From the NCBI GenBank assembly GCA_002269645.1, contig NIVC01002911.1, forward strand, positions 1 through 64,000: a stretch of DNA of 64,000 nt. The letters are read 5' to 3'. Shown here piece by piece: positions 58,612 to 64,000 of this stretch. The position numbers and the translations under genes were made by a program. Numbering within the stretch: position 1 is the stretch's first letter; each line of letters starts with the position of its first letter. The notes below the pieces were generated by a model. That model searched no databases. It was given only the letters and a program-made list of their open reading frames with translations, and was not told the DNA's origin. This DNA comes from Macrostomum lignano (lineage: Eukaryota).

Positions 58612-59850
58612 ACTGCTGGGCCAGCCTCCCAGAGTGTCAGTTGCTGGGCCAGGGCCAGCCTCCCAGAGTGTCAGTTGCTGGGCCAGCCTCCCAGAGTGTC
58701 AGTTGCTGGGCCAGCCTCCCAGAGTGTCAGTTGCTGGGCCAGGGCCAGCCTCCCAGAGTGTCAGTTGCTGGGCCAGCCTCCCAGAGTGTCAGTTGCTGGG
58801 CCAGCCTCCCAGAGTGTCAGTTGCTGGGCCAGGGCCAGCCTCCCAGAGTGTCAGTTGCTGGGCCAGGGCCAGCCTCCCAGAGTGTCAGTTGCTGGGCCAG
58901 GGCCAGCCTCCCAGAGTGTCAGTTGCTGGGCCAGCCTCCCAGAGTGTCAGTTGCTGGGCCAGCCTCCCAGAGTGTCAGTTGCTGGGCCAGCCTCCCAGAG
59001 TGTCAGTTGCTGGGCCAGCCTCCCAGAGTGTCAGTTGCTGGGCCAGCCTCCCAGAGAGTCAGTTGCTGGGCCAGCCTCCCAGAGTGTCAGTTGCTGGGCC
59101 AGCCTCCCAGAGTGTCAGTTGCTGGGCCAGCCTCCCAGAGTGTCAGTTGCTGGGCCAGCCTCCCAGAGTGTCAGTTGCTGGGCCAGCCTCCCAGAGTGTC
59201 AGTTGCTGGGCCAGCCTCCCAGAGTGTCAGTTGCTGGGCCAGCCTCCCAGAGTGTCAGTTGCTGGGCCAGCCTCCCAGAGTGTCAGTTGCTGGGCCAGCC
59301 TCCCAGATCCTCAGTTGCTAGGCCAGCCTCCCAGAACATCAGTTGCTGGGCCAGCCTCCCAGAACATCAGTTGCTAGGCCAGCCTCCCAGATCCTCAGTT
59401 GCTGGGCCAGCCTCCCAGATCCTCAGTTGCTGGGCTAGCCTCCCAGATCCTCAGTTGCTGGGCCAGCCTCCCAGATCCTCAGTTGCTGGGCCAGCCTCCC
59501 AGATCCTCAGTTGCTGGGCCAGCCTCCCAGATCATCAGTTGCTGGGCCAGTCTCCCAGAGTGTCAGTTGCTGGGCCAGCCTCCCAGATCCTCAGTTGCTG
59601 GGCCAGCCTCCCAGACTGTCAGTTACTGGGCCAGCCTCCCAGAGTGTCAGTTGCTGGGCCAGCCTCCCAGATCCTCAGTTGCTGGGCCAGTCTCCCAGAT
59701 CTTCAGTTGCTGGGCCAGCCTCCCAGAGTGTCAGTTGTAGGGCCAGCCTCCCAGATCCTCAGTTGCTAGGCCAGCCTCCCAGAACATCAGTTGCTGGGCC
59801 AGCCTCCCAGAACATCAGTTGCTGGGCCATCCTCCCAGATCCCCAGTCAC
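58612..59850. repeat. 28-bp minisatellite of the AGTTGCTGGGCCAGCC family (copy 3), just upstream of MOB4
   Basis: Unit CTGGGCCAGCCTCCCAGAGTGTCAGTTG, with +6 (GGCCAG) variants on the left and GATCCT variants on the right. Confidence 0.96.
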
Positions 59851-59937
59851 TTCCCACCCGAATCGTCATCAACCCATTCACTCATAGCTGCAATCGCCAA
59901 ATTCACACCAACCCGCTGCCAACAGTCGTAGGCAGCG

Positions 59938-60720
59938 ATGGCATCGGCCGCTTTAGCCTCATCCCCACCAGATGGCTCAGCCGCAGATCCCCAGAAGATC
60001 ATCCGCAGAAATCTGCCCGGCACCAGCCGAGCAAAATGGAGCAATTGGCCAGACCAGAGCTTCGACGAGATGGACTCCACCCTGACTGTGCAGCAGTACA
60101 TTCAACAGCTGACTAAAGCCGATCCGTCTAATGTTGATCTGATTCTGAACCCTCCCGAAGGTCAGGACATCAACGTGTGGAAATACGAACACCTCAGACA
60201 GTTCTGTATGGAGTTGAACGGCCTGGCTGTCCGGCTGCAAGCCGAATGCCGACCGGACGTGTGCAGTCAGATGACGGCCACTGAGCAGTGGATCTTCCTG
60301 TGCGCCGCCCATCGCACGCCGATGGAGTGCTCGGCCATAGACTATACCAGACACACCCTTGACGGGGCGGCCTGCCTACTCAATAGTAGTAAATATTTCC
60401 CTAGCCGGGTCAGCATTAAGGAGGCCAGTATTGGCAAACTGGCCAGCATCTGTCGCAGGGTCTATCGTGTGTTTTCGCACGCCTATTTTCATCACCGAGG
60501 CGTATTTGACGCATTCGAAGAGGAGACCTACTTGTGCAGACGATTTACCGTGTTTGTGATGAAATACCAGCTGATGACTAAGGAGATTCTTATTGTACCG
60601 GTGTTAGAGGAATTGGGCCTTGGCAACGAATCCACTGTTGGCGATTCAACTGTCAGCGCCTCTAGCGGGTCTCCAGCTAGCAAAGGCGAATCAAGTTCTG
60701 CTAGTGAAACGGAAGCTTAA
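59938..60720 (+). CDS. MOB4: MOB4 / phocein (STRIPAK component), intronless, 260 aa
   Basis: [17 protein letters not shown]...[31 protein letters not shown]...[47 protein letters not shown] is near-identical to metazoan MOB4. Confidence 0.97.
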   Translation: MASAALASSPPDGSAADPQKIIRRNLPGTSRAKWSNWPDQSFDEMDSTLTVQQYIQQLTKADPSNVDLILNPPEGQDINVWKYEHLRQFCMELNGLAVRLQAECRPDVCSQMTATEQWIFLCAAHRTPMECSAIDYTRHTLDGAACLLNSSKYFPSRVSIKEASIGKLASICRRVYRVFSHAYFHHRGVFDAFEEETYLCRRFTVFVMKYQLMTKEILIVPVLEELGLGNESTVGDSTVSASSGSPASKGESSSASETEA

Positions 60721-60957
60721 TCCGTTATAATCGTTGTTTTTTATATAACTTACTTTTTGATACTTGTAGTAAAGTCAGTAGCTGATTAGGTCAATGTTTA
60801 ATGACGTCAAATTTTTTATTTATTTATTTAATAAGCATCAATTTTGTCAGTTCAAGTTATAAAAAGTGACTGTCTTAGTCTGTGTTAAACATCGCCTACA
60901 ATTAGAGATTTTAGTTGGTTTTTTCCGAGGTATTTCCGGAGTTGAGGAAGAAACAGA

Positions 60958-60958
60958 A

Positions 60959-61001
<43 letters not shown>

Positions 61002-61060
61002 GGAGTAGGAGATTAAGAAGAAAAATGGAGTGGAACGGAGTGGAACGGAGTGGAACGGAG
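60958..61060. repeat. (GA)n microsatellite followed by (GGAGTGGAAC)n
   Basis: Read directly from the sequence. Confidence 0.9.
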
Positions 61061-61844
61061 TGGAACGGAGTGGAGAACAGGGAGAGATAAAGAGTGGGTA
61101 AAGAGGGAGGGGGGAAGGAGGGAGAAAGGGAGAGGAGGGAAGGGAAGAGTGAAGGAGGGTTAGGGTTAGAGAATGAAAGGAAACTCGTAGTAGAGGGAGC
61201 GGAAGTGAAACAGTGTCGAGAGTGACAGGGAGATAGGATGAGGGACAGGGATAAGAAGATAAAGAGTGAGAGGGACTGCAGTCTCAGCAAAGATTCTATG
61301 TACTTTAAAGTACTTTGAAGACTCGTCATTCACTTCAGGCCTGCAAGGAGGTTGCAAAAATGCTGAAAAATTTTGTTCTACTACGTAAAATGAACTGCGA
61401 AAACTTGAATTGTACAATGAGAAACTATGATTATTATATTATGTGTGTTAATACTTTACTAATTAGATAAAAATGCAAACATTTAATCCATTATATTGTT
61501 GTACTTTGTCTAATTAATCTCTTCTGCGTTAGAAACAAATTTATAAGCTTGTGTGTTTTTTTATTATATTTATGTCTAATTTTGTGTTTTTTCTCTATTT
61601 ACTCGATTTTTGGCATGCCATTAATTGCTTAATCAACTGTTTATTGTTAGCTGCCTGCCTAATCTTGAGCTGGTAAGGAGCTGGCTAGTTAGCCAGTTGT
61701 TAGTTAATCATTTTAGTAAACTTATTGGTATCGATTTCTTATTTATAATGAACATTTTCCTGTGTCTGCACTTTAAGTATTGACATCTGAATTACATGTG
61801 AAATTTATTTGTGATCTAAGCATAAGAAGAGTATGGGTAGATAT

Positions 61845-64000
61845 ATCTAAGCATAGATAGCGATATCTAAGCATGGATAGAGAGATCTAAGCATCGGTAG
61901 AGATATCTAAGCATCGGTAGAGATATCTAAGTATCGGTAGAGATATCTAAGCATCGGTAGAGATATCTAAGCATCGGTAGAGATATCTAAGCATCGGTAG
62001 AGAGATCTAAGTATCGGTAGAGATATCTAAGCATCGATAGAGATATCTAAGCATCGGTAGAGATATCTAAGCATGGATAGAGAGATCTAAGCATCGGTAG
62101 AGATATCTAAGTATGGATAGAGAGATCTAAGCATCTTTAGAGATATCTAAGCATAGATAGCGATATCTAAGCATGGATAGAGAGATCTAAGCATCGATAG
62201 AGATATCTAAGCATAGATAGCGATATCTAAGCATGGATAGAGAGATCTAAGCATCGGTAGAGAGATCTAAGCATCGGTAGAGAGATCTAAGCATCGGTAG
62301 AGATATATAAGCATCGGTAGAGATATCTAAGCATCGGTAAAGATATCTAAGCATCGGTAGAGATATCTAAGCATGGGTAGAGATATCTAAGTATCGGTAG
62401 AGATATCTAAGCATCGGTAGAGATATCTAAGCACAGATAGCGATATCTAAGCATGGATAGAGAGATCTAAGCATCGGTAGAGAGATCTAAGCATCGATAG
62501 AGATATCTAAGCATAGATAGAGATATCTAAGCATAGATAGCGATATCTAAGCATGGATAGAGAGATCTAAGCATCGGTAGAGATATCTAAGCATAGATAG
62601 AGATATCTAAGCATAGATAGAGATATCTAAGCATAGATAGCGATATCTAAGCATGGATAGAGAGATCTAAGCATCGGTAGAGATATCTAAGCATCGGTAG
62701 AGATATCTAAGTATCGGTAGAGATATCTAAGCATCGGTAGAGATATCTAAGCATCGATAGAGATATCTAAGCATCGGTAGAGAGATCTAAGTATCGGAAG
62801 AGATATCTAAGCATCAATAGAGATATCTAAGCATCGGTAGAGATATCTAAGCATGGATAGAGAGATCTAAGCATCGGTAGAGATATCTAAGTATGGATAG
62901 AGAGATCTAAGCATCTTTAGAGATATCTAAGCATAGATAGCGATATCTAAGCATGGATAGAGAGATCTAAGCATCGATAGAGATATCTAAGCATAGATAG
63001 CGATATCTAAGCATGGATAGAGAGATCTAAGCATCGGTAGAGATATCTAAGCATGGATAGAGAGATCTAAGCATCGGTAGAGATATCTAAGCATAGATAG
63101 CGATATCTAAGCATCGGTAGAGAGATCTAAGCATCGGTAGAGATATCTAAGCATCGATAGAGATATCTAAGCATAGATAGAGATATCTAAGCATCGATAG
63201 AGAGATCTAAGCATCGGTAGAGATATCTAAGCATAGATAGCGATATCTAAGCATCGGTAGAGAGATCTAAGCATCGGTAGAGATATCTAAGCATCGATAG
63301 AGATATCTAAGCATAGATAGAGATATCTAAGCATCGATAGAGAGATCTAAGCATCGGTAGAGATATCTAAGCATCGTAGAGAGATCTAAGTATCGGTAGA
63401 GATATCTAAGCATCGGTAGAGATATCCAAGCATGGATAGAGAGATCTAAGCATCGGTAGGGATATCTAAGCATAGATAGAGATATCTAAGCATAGATAGA
63501 GATATCTAAGCATAGATAGCGATATCTAAGCATCGGTAGAGAGATCTAAGCATCGGTAGAGATATCTAAGCATCGATAGAGATATCTAAGCATAGATAGA
63601 GATATCTAAGCATCGATATAGAGATCTAAGCATCGGTAGAGATATCTAAGCATCGGTAGAGAGATCTAAGTATCGTAGAGATATCTAAGCATCGATAGAG
63701 ATATCTAAGCATAGATAGAGATATCTAAGCATCGATAGAGAGATCTAAGCATCGGTAGAGATATCTAAGCATCGGTAGAGAGATCTAAGTATCGGTAGAG
63801 ATATCTAAGCATGGATAGAGAGATCTAAGCATCGATAGAGATATCTAAGCATCGGTAGAGAGATCTAAGTATCGGAAGAGATATCTAAGCATCAATAGAG
63901 ATATCTAAGCATCGGTAGAGATATCTAAGCATGGATAGAGAGATCTAAGCATCGGTAGAGATATCTAAGTATGGATAGAGAGATCTAAGCATCTTTAGAG
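61845..64000. repeat. Satellite, 20-bp unit, >100 copies, running off the window end
   Basis: Unit AGAGATATCTAAGCATCGGT with recurring variants (AGAGATCT, GCATAGAT, GCATGGAT, GCATCGAT). Confidence 0.97.

Noticed and set aside
8617-64000. Tandem arrays as CRISPR, and the many repeat-derived ORFs (e.g. 13688-14284, 32754-33419, 53522-54583, 58586-60116)
   Set aside because: Units are head-to-tail without unique spacers, there are no cas genes, and the context is eukaryotic. The ORFs are open only because the units lack stops; several lie in introns.

Overview
Repeat-rich metazoan genomic DNA with spliceosomal introns and the standard code. The style (GC/Ala-rich exons, a minisatellite in almost every intron, several mariners) suggests a free-living flatworm such as Macrostomum; this is inference only. 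Host genes: a disrupted MACPF (perforin-like) gene with Cys-rich repeats (~0.7-6.0 kb, +), a single-exon class A GPCR (12.2-13.5 kb, +), a six-exon symplekin (39858->28620, -), a nine-exon COG6 (48845->57272, +) and an intronless MOB4/phocein (59938-60720, +). Mobile elements: two full-length D,D34D mariners with perfect TIRs and TA duplications, one decayed mariner, and several MITE/foldback elements. There is also a nested pair of I-group (Ingi-like) LINEs. The outer one (~17467-25395, -) encodes 2A StopGo peptide + PHD + APE + RT + RNase H and sits inside a GAA/GGA microsatellite; it is split by a second RT/RNase H LINE (20196-23544) with a 9-bp TSD. More than 20 distinct tandem arrays fill introns and intergenic DNA. 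No rRNA, intact tRNA or CRISPR array was seen. All coordinates were read by eye; array boundaries are approximate.
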